Positions 13,072-26,640 of a stretch of 64,000 nucleotides of DNA are shown here, piece by piece (position 1 is the first letter of the stretch; every line of letters begins with the position of its first letter). Position numbers and translations under genes: made by a program. This DNA comes from Lama glama (taxonomy: Eukaryota). The notes below the pieces were generated by a model. It did not search any database. It was not told the origin of the DNA and worked only from the letters and a program-made list of their open reading frames with translations. The stretch lies in contig CM052816.1 of assembly GCA_028534125.1 (NCBI GenBank), positions 53,384,001 through 53,448,000 of the forward strand, in the 5' to 3' direction.

Positions 13072-13734
13072 TTTTTTTTTTTTTTTTTTGTTTCCATATT
13101 CTTTTTCATTATACGTTACTACCAGATATTGAATATAGTTCCCTGTGCTATACAGTAGAAACTTGTTTATCTATTTTGTAGATAATAGTATCTGCAAATC
13201 TTGAACTCCCAATTTATCCCTTTCCACCCCTTCCCCCCCAGTACCCATAAGTTTGTTCTCTCTGTATGTGAGTCAGTTTTTGTTTTGTAAATAAGTTCAT
13301 TTGTGTCTTTTTTTTAGATTCCACATACAAGCGGTATCATATGGTATTTTCCTTCTCTTTCTGGCCTTACTTCACTTAGAATGATGATCTCCAGGTTCAT
13401 CTATGTTGTTGCAAATGGCATTATTTTATTCTTTTTTATGGCTGAGTAATATTCTGTTACACACAAACACACACACACAGAAAGACACGTATACACATAC
13501 ATACATACACCACATTTTCTTTATCCAGTCATCTGTCGATGGACATTTAGGTTGTTTTCATGTCTTGGCTATTGTAAATAGTGCTTCTGTGAACATTGGG
13601 GCGCATGTGTCTTTGTGAATTAAAGTTCCCTCTGGAAATATGCCCAGGAGTGGGGTTACTGGATCATATGGTAAGTCTGTTTTTAGTTTTTTAAGGGAAC
13701 GTCCATACTGTCCTTCACAGTGACTGCTCCTGCT
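13072..13734 (-). mobile_element. 5'-truncated L1 (3' UTR plus ORF2 end) with TSD
   Basis: Poly-T head; TSD gttgccttcc (13062-13071, 13735-13744); minus ORF LKKLKTDLPYDPVTPLLGIFP...CAPMFTEALFTIAKT matches the L1 ORF2 C-terminus; internal CA-rich microsatellite. Confidence 0.95.
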
Positions 13735-13794
13735 GTTGCCTTCCATTTTTATTTTAGTTTGTTGTTATCAATTTTTGGTGAACAACAAAAACAT

Positions 13795-13914
13795 TTCTAG
13801 ACTTTGCCTCCTAGAAATTCTGATTCAGTATGTTTGGGGTGAGTAGGCAGAACCCAAGTATTTTTAACAAGCTTGCCTGTCGACACTAATGCATATGAAG
13901 TTTGAGAACCACTG
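13795..13914 (+). mobile_element. MER5-like hAT MITE fragment
   Basis: attctgattcagta...ttttaacaagc...aagtttgagaaccactg TIR. Confidence 0.8.
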
Positions 13915-14324
13915 AATTCCATCGTAAATCCCTTAAGTTCAGAGACCATGTTGCTTTTCACTTAAACCCCTTCTTACACCTACAAGATAGCATGATGTTC
14001 GTTGAATGTATTGAACTTCCTGTCTCTTCGCTTCTCTCTCCTTCCCAACTTCTTTTGTTCTGTCCCTTAAAAGGGGAAAAAGGAAGGATTGGGTCTGAAT
14101 TTTGTGGCTTTCCATGCCTCTTGTCCGCAGCCTTCTCTGATCCCCCCTGCCAGTTCCTCCCTCTCCCACACACATCCTTTCATTTTGTTGGATCAATAAC
14201 TCACATTCCCTGAGACATACTTGGTTCCTTTGTCTCTACTTTTCCTTACTTTTGTCCCACACTAAGAGATGTACGTTTCCTAAGTGGGAAAAACTGGGTT
14301 TGGGAGAAAACTGAAAAAACTTAC

Positions 14325-14465
14325 GTTAGGCTGGAAGAGACTTAGGTTATCATTTGATACAGTGCTCCCATTGTAGAACTGAGGAAACCCAGGGAAGAGC
14401 TGTGATGTACCCGAGGTCACACAGGGAGTGAAGAGCCAAGCTTGAATAGTTTAGCTCCAGGCTCC
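14325..14465 (-). mobile_element. MIR/MIR3 SINE
   Basis: gctggaagagacttagg...tgaggaaacccag...cccgaggtcacacag. Confidence 0.7.
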
Positions 14466-16899
14466 AGCCAGGCCCCTCCTCCTTTCTTGGGGTGATTTGG
14501 GGTCACCTGTGAGTTTTCCAAGTCCTGCAGGTAATTCTGATACGGAACAGGGGCTGAGAATTGGGCTTGGCAGTTCGCTTTGCCCACACAAGTATCGGGT
14601 GTGAGTATGTTAGCTATTATTTTGCGATTTATTTAATCAAACTGAATTTCCTTTTAAATGTTTGGATTTTGATTTTATATGAATTTACTATGGAACATGG
14701 ACAACTTAGAGTCAATTTTAGTGTTTTGATGGGAAGAAGGCAAAAACTTGAGAGCAGAAGAAGCTATCAACATTATCCTAAAAAGAGGAATTTGTCTTTT
14801 CTGGATGCTTATTTATAAATCATATTCAACTAGCATCCACGTGTGACTTGTTGACCAGCTGAACATTTCCCTGCTCAGAGCTTCTTTTTCCTTCTGGATT
14901 CCTACCTGGGTTCTGAATGTCTGGGCTCTGGGAGCCTAACTTTTGTGCAGGTGGGACTTGGCTGGAGTCAACATTTTCATGAGGTGTGTGTCGTCTTCAC
15001 CCCTAAGCAGAATTGGAGTGATTAGATAAGAATCACAAGGGTTGCCCAAGGAAGACCAGTGATTTTTATTGTGCTTCTCTTTATCCCATTTTGGTTTATT
15101 TTAGAAGAGGTTAGACTGACTTATGTTAAAAGAAAACTGGACACAAACTCATGAAAAGCAGTCTTGGAACTTTTCGATTCCAGGGCTACTTCATTCAGAT
15201 GTTCAGCCAGTCATTCGTGCCTGCATGCTTCACTTGCTCAACTGAATTAAATCTCTCTGAGCGGTCTTCCTCCTAGTGGCCTCTTACCTCCTGTGAGATG
15301 AGGCTGAACTTGGTGATCTGACACGGGCGTGCATGTGCTCGAAGTCCAGCCTTCTCCCTCGAGAAGTGATCTTTTCATTGCAATTTCAAATCATGTTTGT
15401 CTGGCTTTAAATGCAGACATTATAATGATAGTGGAGGAAAAGAACCGGATAATTTGGATGTCATATGAAATAGCTTATGTAAGATTTATTACAACTCTTG
15501 TGATCTGTTTCTTCAGTCCAGAATAGCTAGAGAATTGAGAATGCCACTTTAGTTTTAAAGTGTTGAAGGAATGTTTCATCTTTATTATCTAATATAATTG
15601 AGAACAAATTTAACTTAAAACTGCAGATCGGGAGTGCTATTACTTAATGCCATTGTTGCTAATTTAAACCCCTCTTCCCTCAGGCTACCCTTTGCCAGAG
15701 GTGCTTATACAGGAAAAGATGCTGTTTAATTTTGAGTTTCTTTTCTGACTTTTCCTTATCTGGACTCCCCTCTAAAGAGGGGCAGTTTCAGAGAGAAGGA
15801 ATCCTGTAGACCGTCCTAAACGGCTGGGACTGCTCGTCATGCCTGTTAATGCAGAGGCATTGTCCATTATGAGAGTGTGTGCAAATTCCGGGCGGCAGAA
15901 ATCCGTCCGTCACTGCACTAGAGTTGCCTTTAAGCACCGACGTGGCTTAAACTGCATTTGACCTGGTGCTTCGGATTCAAGCCAGTAGATGACTCATTAT
16001 TTCAGATGTTTGGTTTGTGCTCTTATAGTTGAAGCAATCTGTAAGGAAAATAGAAAAGCCTGTTGTAAAAATACAGTCTGTCTCCAGGAAGGAGAATCCC
16101 TGCGTCCTGACCGAGGGTGGGATGTCTGCGCACGGCTCATCTAGCTTGTTGTTCTATCTTAGTTCCTGGTTTGAAGCAGCCCTGGAAATGGTCCATCGGC
16201 ACGTGTGTCAGTGGCATTGCCGGCTGTTTTTACAATCTCTGTTGTGAATTCAGAACATGCTGGGTTCAAAGCTTGCTGTCTGGTCACTGAGAGAGAGCTG
16301 TTCACCCTGAGGATGGGCCAGCCAGGCGCCGGTCCCCAGGCTCCATTCTGAGGGAGGGGAGCAAACACAGCCCTCACCCCCATTCCAGAGGTTAACCTTG
16401 TCAGATGGCTTCTCTCTCAAGTTTGGGATGTGATGTGCATTTATGTTCTTTCTTTGGTCATTGGAGGCTGTCCATTTTCTATAGGTGATTTAGTAATTAT
16501 GGAGTGTTTGACTTTTTAGCATCAAAGGAGGACAATTGTAAAATATTTTAAAAAAATAGCTTCAACTTTTCCATTATGTTTTTAAGTAAAACATTCTGCT
16601 AACTTGTAAATTTGCCTCTTTTTCCTTGTTCCTTGGTTCTTAACTGTTCCCAGGGGAACACTTAGGAAAAATTACTGAGTCCCTCCCCCAAACAGTGTGG
16701 TAAAGGAACCATTCAAGATTTGTAGCACTGTGACTATGAACCCACTGTTGGATTCCGTTGTAGACTTGAAGCTGTTATTACTTTGTTATCAAATTTTGAT
16801 TAATTTATTAGATGGTGACTGTGTGTCAAATGCTTGTTTTGAGAGCTGTCAGCTGGGTGTATAATAGCTTTGATGTTTTGGGTATGTGTCAGGAGCGCC

Positions 16900-17040
16900 A
16901 TTTAATCCCCACAGATACACTAGATAGCATGTATTACAGATACAGTGACTAGCCAGTACTCAGGGAGGTTAATTAACATGCCCAAGGCCACACAGCTTAC
17001 AAGTAAGAGCTGACATCTCACCCACAATGGCGTGACTTTG
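16900..17040 (-). mobile_element. MIR SINE
   Basis: ctcagggaggttaattaacatgcccaaggccacacagct. Confidence 0.7.
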
Positions 17041-17149
17041 AGGATGTCTCAAGGAGAAGCTCTCCTGCCTCCCTCCCTGACAAGGAGGAGGGCAGAGCTA
17101 CCGCACGACCAGTGCTGGTCCTCCTTCATTTCTCCACCTTTCTTTCAGA

Positions 17150-17365
17150 GGAGCAGAATAGTGTAATGGGCAATAGCAAGGTCAACGACTGGTTCTCACA
17201 CACACTAGCTCTCCAACCTTGAGCAAATTCCTTAGCTGTTTTACGTCTCCCTTTCTGTGTCAGTGGATGAGACGGTGCCCGTGTTGGTGAGGCTCAAAGA
17301 AGTTAATATCTATAAAGTGTTAGAAGAACGGCTCCTAGGAAGTAGTATGTGAGTGTTTACTCTTA
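17150..17365 (+). mobile_element. MIR SINE (diverged)
   Basis: gagcagaatagtgtaatgg head, accttgagcaaattcctta, agttaatatctataaagtgttagaa. Confidence 0.65.
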
Positions 17366-18280
17366 TTGTGTGTCATCTCGAGGTCTGATTAGAATGAGGG
17401 GTTCTCTCCATCTCCCCTCTTTCTTGCCTCCTCAGGCAGGGAGCCTCGGGTCAGCTCATGGGAGTGTGTCAGAACAGGGAGGGTCATGGACTGCTGGTTG
17501 GTGAGGGAGGCCCTGCACACCCCTGGTCCAGCCTTGACCCCCTGGACAGTGTGTGTGTTGCTCCCAGCTTCTTCCCATTCTTGGTCTGTCTGATCTCTGG
17601 TCTGGTTGCCTGTTTTCCCCAGAATGTGTGTCCTCAGCCTCTACCACATGTGCTATAAATACATCATTGCCCATCAAATGCTGATTGAGTATCTCAGCCT
17701 GTCAGCCATATGTTTTAGCCAGTGTGGACACAGTGGTGGATCATAAATTATGACCTCCTAGAGGCAAGGACCACGTCTGTGAGGGCCTTATTGAGCAGTT
17801 TTGTTTTTTTTTTAAGCCTTTAATCATGAAAATGATATTGTTATGGGAGCTTGAGCATGAAGGGAAAGGTACCCACGGGAGGAGGCCGCCTCTTCCTCAA
17901 CCGTGAAATTGTAAGGTGCGGTCGCGCCCCCAGGGATCCGAGGGCCCTGGGTTCCTGACTTTAGCTCTTCCCCCGTCCTTACTTCAGGGAGCCTGGAGGT
18001 CCTATTACCTATCCCACTTCAGGGCAGTGAACCGTTTCTCTTCTGATTCCCACGAAGAAGGGAAGGGAGTCAGGCATTCCTGCTGCAGAAGCTGCTCCCA
18101 GGGAAGGACTCCCTGGGAGGAGCGATGGCCCAGCTCCTTTGAACGTCCCGTATGAATGTCAGAAGCTGCTGGTGACCCTGCACTGCTGTGGAATGACCCT
18201 CCCAGCCAGAAGTCTTCAGTGGGGGAGGCTATACACAAATTGCCACAACCAGGTGTGGAAATGGCCTGTTGGTTGTTGTG

Positions 18281-18766
18281 TTGTTTTTAATTGTGGTAAA
18301 ATATGCGTAACATAAATTAACCATCTTAACATTTTTAAGTGCATGGCTCAGTGCCATTAGGTTCATTTGCACTTTTTGTGCAGTCATCATCACCATCTGT
18401 CCCCAAACTCTTTCATCTTGCAGAACGGAGACTCTGTACCCATTAAACAGCAGCTCCCCACTTCCCCTTCCCCCGCCCCTGGCAACCACCCTCTGCTTCC
18501 TGTCTCTCTGAATTGAACTTCTCTAGGGACCTTGCATAAGAGGAATCATACAGTATTTGTCCTTTTGTGACTGGCTTGTTTTACTTAGCATGTCTTCATG
18601 GTTCATCCACATTGTAGCCTGTGTCAGACCGTCCTTCCTTTCTAAGGCTGAACAATATTCCATTGTGTGTATGAGCTGCGTTTCGTTTATCCATCGGTCG
18701 ATGGCCAGTTGGGTGGCCTCCACCTTGGCTGTTGTGGATGCTGTTGCTGTGAACACAGGTGTCCTG
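18281..18766 (-). mobile_element. Old L1 (L1MB-like) 3' end
   Basis: ttttaattgtggtaaaata...ctctgtacccattaaaca...cctggcaaccac...ggaatcatacagtatttgtccttttgtgactggctt; minus ORF ...MSKTSQSQKDKYCMIPL-like; degenerate TSD gcctgttggttgttgtg/gcccattggttcttgtg. Confidence 0.9.
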
Positions 18767-21700
18767 CCCATTGGTTCTTGTGCTGATGGGACATTAGGGA
18801 CCCAGGAGTAGATTCTTTTCTGACTGGTTGTGTAAAGGGACCTCTGTTTGTACAACTTTGAATCTTTGTTGAAATTCGGAAAGAACAACCACCTCATTGC
18901 CAGGAGTGATTCAGCCACATTTGTGGACCTGGATTTATCACTAAGTTGAGGAGTGATGAGGCAGCACTTAATGTCGATGAAATTAGAAGTGAAGAAAGCG
19001 AAAGATGTTCAGAAAGGGTCATTTGACACATTACTGTGAAACTTTGGTAGAGAGAAAGGGGACAAAGAGCTCCAGTCCCCCCACAGAGCACAGAGTTTAT
19101 GCAGTTTACCTGGGGAAATGTGAACCGCGCAGGAGATGACCCCAGGTTAGCTCTCACGTAGTAGAACTACCGGAGTGTCTCCTGGAGATGGGGATCCCCT
19201 CCCAGGACCAGCTGCAGGTTGCAGAGGCCTCCTCCTGCTGCCTGAGGCCTTCGCCCTCCCGCTTCTTTGCTGGAGGTGCATCCTGTCCTGTTGGAACCAA
19301 AGGCCTGGCCATCTCTCGGTACTTCTGGTCTCTTCCAGAGCTCCTTGGCTGGACTTTTGCTGCACACAGGTATCTTCCCTTTGACTTCTAAATGTAGGTC
19401 TGTATTGCTTGTTAAAAAGAATATTGTACTATTTGCTAATTCATTATGTGTTTTTGACCACTGTGAAAAGACCACTAGATGGAAATGATTTGAAGAGAAC
19501 CATTTCTTTGCAGAACTTCCCAGGTGTAGTGTACAATACACCCTTCCCAGCCCTCCTCTGCTGGCCCCCAGTCTTGAATCCAGGAGTCAGCCTCAGCTCC
19601 GTCAAGCCACGTGTTCATACCAGTTGTGTGTGCCCAGATAGAACAGTAAGAAAAATTGATGAATGCATGTGATATCCATTATGTTTATCTATTCATGTTC
19701 TAAATTGTGGCTACTTTTTGTTGCCTCAACCAGCAAGCTTCCCTTTTGTTCCTTTAAGTTCTCACAAGACAAAGTCTCCACCCACTTTCCCTCCCCTCAC
19801 CTTGCAAAGGACTCGGTTTTAACAATGCTGATTGTTCCAGAAGAATGTCTGTGTTCTATAGTTGTCAAAAAGAATGAGCTCCGTGTAGGTAGGAGGGTGG
19901 AGGTGATGATGTTAAGGATTACAGGGCCCAGCGGATTGCAGACATTTTCTTTGCGTTGGTCTCAGGATTTACTGAGAATTGCATGTTGTCATCCTGTGTT
20001 TCTGTCCCAACTACTTGGCCTTGCTTTTCCCAGATGATTTCATTGAAAAGCAATGGCGAGTTATGACTTGTCTTTTCTGCTAGAGCCTCAACAGATCGTT
20101 TATTCCCAACTGTAAACATTTTAGTAAGCCTTTTGTTCGGTGACTCATTAATTTGATGAGGAAAATGTCTTAATAAAGATAAAGGAACTGTAAACTGTTT
20201 CAAAAGCTGCAGAGGGAAAAATGTTCAGGCTCTTGTAGGTCAACTGCTTCCCCCTGTTCCTTGCATCTCGTCTACTGCTTGGTCATGGGAACAGATGCGC
20301 TGCTCAGCTAGGGGTTATGTCCACTTAGACATGCATACTAAGCGTGGGTGTCTGACTTCTGCAGAGTGTCTTTCAGTGTGGACATGGACTGTGTATGAGG
20401 TGGCTTTATGAGTATTAGTCAGTGATACTTCCCTCTTCTACCACAAACTAGCGCATTAAATGTGCCACTAGGTTAGCACCAATAAACGCTTGGTTAATTT
20501 TTACTAGTACATAGAAGTGTCACAAACCCCCAGGTGTAAAGGGTCAAAGATCCCAAAATAGTTCAAAAGCTTAAGAGAATAGGAAGCATCCTTAGCTATA
20601 AGCCTGTGGTTGCATAAGTCATAATCTGCATTCTCTGTTTATATCAAATTCTTCTGGGGATATTATGACCTTACTTACTAGATAATGTTGGTAAGACTAA
20701 ATGTTCCAACATGGATTTAACTATTTCTTGGTTTTGTTTGAGTGTTTAATGAAGTGTAAACTTATTTCATATAAAATTGTCTTTGTGACTAAAGTATATT
20801 GATCTTTATTAAATCCAAGAGTAAGCATTATAGAGGTTTTAAGAACAATTGTCCAGCAATTTTTCATTTAAATTTCAAGAGGCTATTGTATGTCTCTTTG
20901 ATTCTCAACCTTTCCAGGAGGAAGATCTAATTGAAAACTAGCGGAGGTGGGGGAGTTAAATAACACTCTCCAAACTTTCTTTAAATAGAAACTTTGTTTG
21001 CAGTATTCATTAGTTGTAAAAACGTATAAAGGGAGAAGGAAAAAACGAATTCAATATAGTTTGCAAAGATAAAAATCAAGAGGCAAGATAAATTGACTTT
21101 GAGGCTTTAAGTACATTATAAAGAACTTGGATTTTGTTTTACTTACATAATCAATTAGTGTCTTTACACTTTAGTTTGTATCTGCTCTCTGGCCAGGTAC
21201 TTGTAAAAAGGAAATATAATGATCCAAAGGTAACCTTTCATTACAACATACCTTTAAAAGTATTGCCCAATTTTTTGTGGTTACTGACCGAGTCTTCCTG
21301 GACTCCCCCCGACCCCAACCCCCCAAAACGGTGGCACTCGGCATAGTGCAGCCATCTGTGCGAAGTGTGTGCATTTGTATAGTGATGCAAGAGCATTTCA
21401 TGGCAGACACAAGTCATGTTTGATAAAGGTAGAATGTGTTTTGTTTAGATGTCTTTCTAATTACCCGGACTTAGGAAACGCTCTCCGTGAGGTGTGACCG
21501 TGCATACTACCCAGGTGATCTTCTGCAGTGATGCTCTGCAGGGGCCAGGTTTAAGTCTGGCACCTTTAATTGTCAGATTGTCTCATAATTGTCAAGTAAA
21601 TCAGTCTTTGATGCAGCAGGAACTATGTGGATAGCCAGGATTCACGCACTCACTCAGCTAACAGCATTGTGCCCTGCACCGGGCTAGGGGTCAGGTGGGG

Positions 21701-22019
21701 CCTTAGGCACATGAGGTGAACCCACCCGTGGTCTGTTGGAGGTATGCTGCTAGGTGACAGGTGCTGCCCGGAGTCCACACAGGCTGGGCTGTGCCACAGA
21801 AGTGTCCGCTCACCACGCACCACTCACTGCAGGGGAGGGAAGTCAAGACTAGGTACCATTTGAGCTAAACCTTGACCGCTTAAGTCCAAATCTAAAGCTG
21901 TTTTTCACAATAACCTTTGAACCACACTGTATCATATAAATCAAGTGACTTTCTGATTTTTTTAGGGAAACCTTGATTACTCTCTCACTTCATATCTAAA
22001 TGGAAACAATGCAATGAGA

Positions 22020-22170
22020 AGCATAATCTGGGCCATTCAGGCCTGACTTTGAATCTTGACTGCCTCCTCATAGCCGCTTGACCTTTCTGAACGTCACATG
22101 AAAAGGGATAATGAGATATGTGGCACATATTGGTTGGTGGCATTGAATGAGGTGGGTTACGGAACCATCA
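22020..22170 (+). mobile_element. MIR fragment
   Basis: tttgaatcttgactgc...tgacct...tgaaaagggataat. Confidence 0.5.
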
Positions 22171-22294
22171 GTGTGAGTCCCTCCTCTTTCATTAGCATGC
22201 CGAAGTTGAAGGCCTCGAAAAAGGTGTTTTATTTTGAAAGTTGCCTGATGAAAACAAGAAAGAAAGCAGGGCTAATGATGGGATAATGAGCGTG

Positions 22295-22700
22295 ACTAAT
22301 ATTGGGTAGCATTTATTGTTCCTGCACTATTCTCAGTGCTTTCTTCACGTTTCCTCACTTAATTGTCTCAGTAATTCAGAGTGAGGGGCTGTTATTTCAT
22401 CCCCACTTTACAGAGGAGAAAATCGAGGTTAGAAATGTTATGTAACTTGAGTTAACGCTGCCAGTCTGGCTCCAGAGCACTTAGCGCTCAGAATGGAGCT
22501 TCCAAAGAGGATAATGAGAATGACAGTAATAATATGATTCATCCTTTGAGGAACCCTTCTGTGTACCTTGTTACATTTATTCCTCATAAGATAAAATAGG
22601 GGATGACTAGAAATTGGATTAGAAAACTGAGGTTCCTGGATGGGAGATGGCTTGCCCAGGGTTACTGAATCTGTATGTGGCTGAATTGGTGCAAGAACTT
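22295..22700 (-). mobile_element. Two adjacent MIR fragments
   Basis: ccccactttacagaggagaaaatcgaggttagaaatgttatgtaacttg and gaaaactgaggttcc...cttgcccagggttac. Confidence 0.7.
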
Positions 22701-24574
22701 TTTCCTCTCAAGTCTTGTGAGTGTTTATAGAGTAAAAGACAGAACAGTACAGGAATCCTTTTAGTAAGTGAATGGTGTTAAAGTTTTTAAATATGGATTA
22801 GACTCAGGGGGGTTAATTGCGTTGTTTAAGATCACTTGTCATGTCAGTGGCCAACTGTAATTAGAAAGGGCAGCTCAGCCCCAGAGCCACACAGCTTCAA
22901 AGCAATCCAGGTGAAGAGCTGGGAAGTACCAGTGTGTCTGTCTTCTGGTCCATTTGGAGCCAAGGTGCCTCCTCACGCCTTTTTCCAGGATTCTGAAGCC
23001 ACCAGGGAGGAATGTAACTGGCACAGGGACCCTCACTTGTTGTTAGTCCAAATCGCCTCCTGCTACAGCCAGAAGGGAGGTGATAAGGATTTGCTTTGGC
23101 ATGTGTGGTGAGGATGATACGGAAGACCTGGGCCGCCTTCTTCCAATGCTAATCACGCTCTCTGCAAATTGAAGGCTCAGCGCAATTTTAAAGAAAGCAA
23201 GAGAGACAAGAAACCAAATAAGGTTGGACCAAAAGCTTCTTGGAATTATGTGGTGTTTTGCCCTGTAGCTGGGGATCCAGTTACAGATGCCTGTGATTAT
23301 GGCCTTTGCAAACAGTTGTCAGGGAAATTCATAAGATTTCCAAAGGCTGCAGAAGAGCAGATGTGGAGTTCAGTTTCAAGCACAGTTACTCATAATGGCT
23401 TTCATGTGGACGTAGAGTATTCAGGATTCAGATCTGAGTCCCTCTGTCCAGGAGGTGGGGGATGCTGAGATTGGAGGTTTCACGATTTTCTGGTGGTCTT
23501 TTCCTGTTGTATCATTTATTCTTGGCCCCCAGGCCCTTACAAGTGGTGAAGTCCTTCCAGGACAGTTCGCGCACAGTGCCTGACATTGTCATCCTATTTA
23601 GTAAGAAGACTCGAATTGGTTTCTTTGTCAACAAGCATCAACCATGCCAGCAGGTAGACTGTGGAGAAAGTGAGTCTCTGGCCAATTTTAATTGGCTGGG
23701 CAACAGCCATTTTGACATTGTTAACAAAGTTCACAGCATTCAGGCTTGCCTTGTTTAATATCTGTTTGTCACAGTTTATATGGTAAGAACTTTAATGACT
23801 GTACGAAATACTTTCATTTTGTTACTAGTAATGAAGGACAAGATTGAAAGGATAGGTGTAATTATAATAATCTAACAGTTCTTTTCAAGCCATAGCTACT
23901 AGGTTTCTCCCCACCTTCAATTAAAAAAGTGAGCTTACTGAGTTTAAAAATCTAGTTAAGTGTTTCATTAGGCAAAAACAATGAAAAAGTATATTCCAAA
24001 TCTAAGTATATATAAAGAGGATATTCTGGTTCTTGTTATATTGGAATGCCCTTTTCTAGAGCTTTTCAAATAACACTTACTAGAAAACACAGCTTATATT
24101 AATAAGCAGAGAACCCTAAGGTAAGGGTGCAACAGGACTTAGGGGTCAGCTTTATTTTCCGTATAAAATCTGCAAGTTTCTGCTGTTGTTTTATTAAATT
24201 TATGTACCTGCTCTGTAGGGGAGAGGACCCGGAGAGGGTGTGGGGCTTGCATGGATGGGGTCACGTGTGGGACACTTACACATGCTGAGTGGGGGTCCTC
24301 TTTGCAGGCTCAGCTGCCGAGCGTGTTACTGTTTGGTGGTGACTGGGACAAAGGCTGAGAGCCTGGGGCCTGCCGGCTCTGTGCTGGCTGCGATTGTGGG
24401 GTTCACTTACTGCCGGTACTGCATTCAGACACTGTTTCTGTACCACGCCCGGTGCCTCTGCAAAACCAGGTGGAGGCGCACTCCTCTGCAGGTGAGGTGG
24501 CGTGGAGCTCAAGTGGGACGATGTGAAGTGACAGCCCCCAGTCCTCGCCTACTGCTTCATCATCGTGGAAGCCT

Positions 24575-24800
24575 CTCACTTAATCCTCACAGCTGCCCAG
24601 AGAGGTAGCACCATGGTGAGCCCGTGTTAGAGATGAGGCAGTAAGCTCTTGGAGGTCTGAGTAACTTGCCCCTGGGAGAGCAGACTAACATGGACAGTTT
24701 TCGACCACCCGTGGTGGTGATGTCCCCAAACTGCAAATGGTGAAGCTGGTACTTAAACCTAAGAATTAGACCTCTGGAGTCGACACCATTCCTCCTCCCC
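24575..24800 (-). mobile_element. MIR SINE
   Basis: tcacttaatcctcacagc...agatgaggcag...agtaacttgccc. Confidence 0.7.
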
Positions 24801-26606
24801 AAGTCCTTTAGAGAGGTCCAAGTGCTGTGTAGAACTGGCCTTGTCATCCCTTCCACATTAAGCTCTGACAGTGCATGGCCTTTGAGACCACTAGGAGGGA
24901 GTGTGAGAAGGGTTTGTGCTGCTTGTGAGCTGTGTGACCTCAGGCCCCCCTGTAACATGGAGTTCAGAGCCTGTCTCATCTAACTGTTGTCTGTGTTCCA
25001 TGGAGATAAATGCAGGGGCTCAGTCCACACACGATGAGGGGGAGGAAGAGGAGGACTGTTGTTACTGCGGCGGTTTTCAGTGCCCTTGAGGTTTTAGCTG
25101 TGGAGGGTTCTGTCTCCCTGGATGCATGGCTGGGATGTTTCCGTGCTGAACATCCACTCTTGTCCCTCCCATGCTGCACACACCCACAGTAGCTTCCTGG
25201 GGGCTGGTTTCCCGGGATGACAGCTTTTGAACCTCTCTCATCATCTGTTTCCTGTTCATTTCACATACCCGAGTTCAAACTTTCAAGATCCTTATACCTC
25301 ATCAAACAGTGGAGACAGCTGGGCCTCTGGTTCATGTGACCCTCACATCTTCCTAAGGCCAGTGGTACTTACAGTCTCTGTCCAGAGCTAATCTTTTAAT
25401 TCAGTCTTTAAAGATTTATGGAGCATTTTTGTCCCAAACAGAACCAAATGCTTTGTGTCCCTCTGCATCACTTGGGATTCTGGGAGTGGGCCAGGATCAT
25501 CTTGCCTCATTTCCTAGAAACAGGTAGCGACAGGCCCACAGAAGGACCTAAAAGCTGATGTCACACTGCTTCCTTCACTTTCATTGTCAGTGAGAGGTGC
25601 TTTCCAGCACATGTTACTGCTCTTTTCCTTAACCTTTCTTGAGAAATTTTTCATCCTGATTGTCTTGTCTTCCTTACTTACTTATGGGAAATTGAAGGAC
25701 TATAGGAGACTCTGTTCTAGCTTTTTCACTGTTAATCTGAATTTTCTGAAAATCCTAAATGGTTAGCTCCTCCCCTCCCCGACTGAAATCTTCCTGAGTT
25801 TACAATTCTGTCTCCTTTCACGAGGTCCTACTGATCAGCCTCTTGCCGAGAGCTCAGAACCCTCATATACGCCAGATAGTTTCAATGTAAACTAAGACTG
25901 AAGGTCCCTTATTTACTATCTGGAAGAAAACTGTCACTCCTTTCAAAAAACAAGAAACGAAGTCATTGATACTAACTTAACCAATGACAATTTGAATGGA
26001 ACGGGGACAAATTCAGTTCCCTAATTTTTAATTGCAGGGCTCCTATTTGTGCCGAGTGGCCCAGGGTTGAAGAAGGAGCCAGTCTGAATGAGCTGGATGA
26101 GGATAAACAAAAAAGTTGAAAACCTGTATTTATTTATTTATTTGCCCGCTCATTTCCTGTTACTGCTAATCAAGTCAGTTCCTCTACCATCACATTCCTC
26201 AGACTTCATCCTTCTGATTCTTGTGGATGAGGAAGGTCCAGTGACTGGCGTGGTTCCTTCTTCAGCTGAAGAACCCTGTTAAATCCTCGGGTAGATGTAC
26301 TGAGCCGGACTATAAGTGCAAGTGTCAAATGAGATTGCAGGAGCGGTATTTCAAGAGTCCTACATCAGTCAGCCCCCTCAGTCAGCAAGTGTAAGTTACA
26401 CACCACCACGGGCGCTTTGTCAGATGCGTCTTTCTGCTTGGTTCGGTCCTGAAATCTGCAGATATTCTGACCACGGCTCCAGAGGTGAATGCTTTGACCC
26501 ACAGTGCAGGGAGATGGCCAGACTGTAACAAATGGCAAGATCACTGAACTTGGGGTCCTTTGTAGGCCATGTGAGGGCCTTTTTGCTTTGTTTGAGGGCA
26601 GTTTTC

Positions 26607-26640
26607 CTCTCTCTCTCTCTCTCTCTTTCTCTCTTTTTTT
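26607..26640. repeat. (CT)n microsatellite
   Basis: ctctctctctctctctctctttctctctttttt. Confidence 0.9.
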
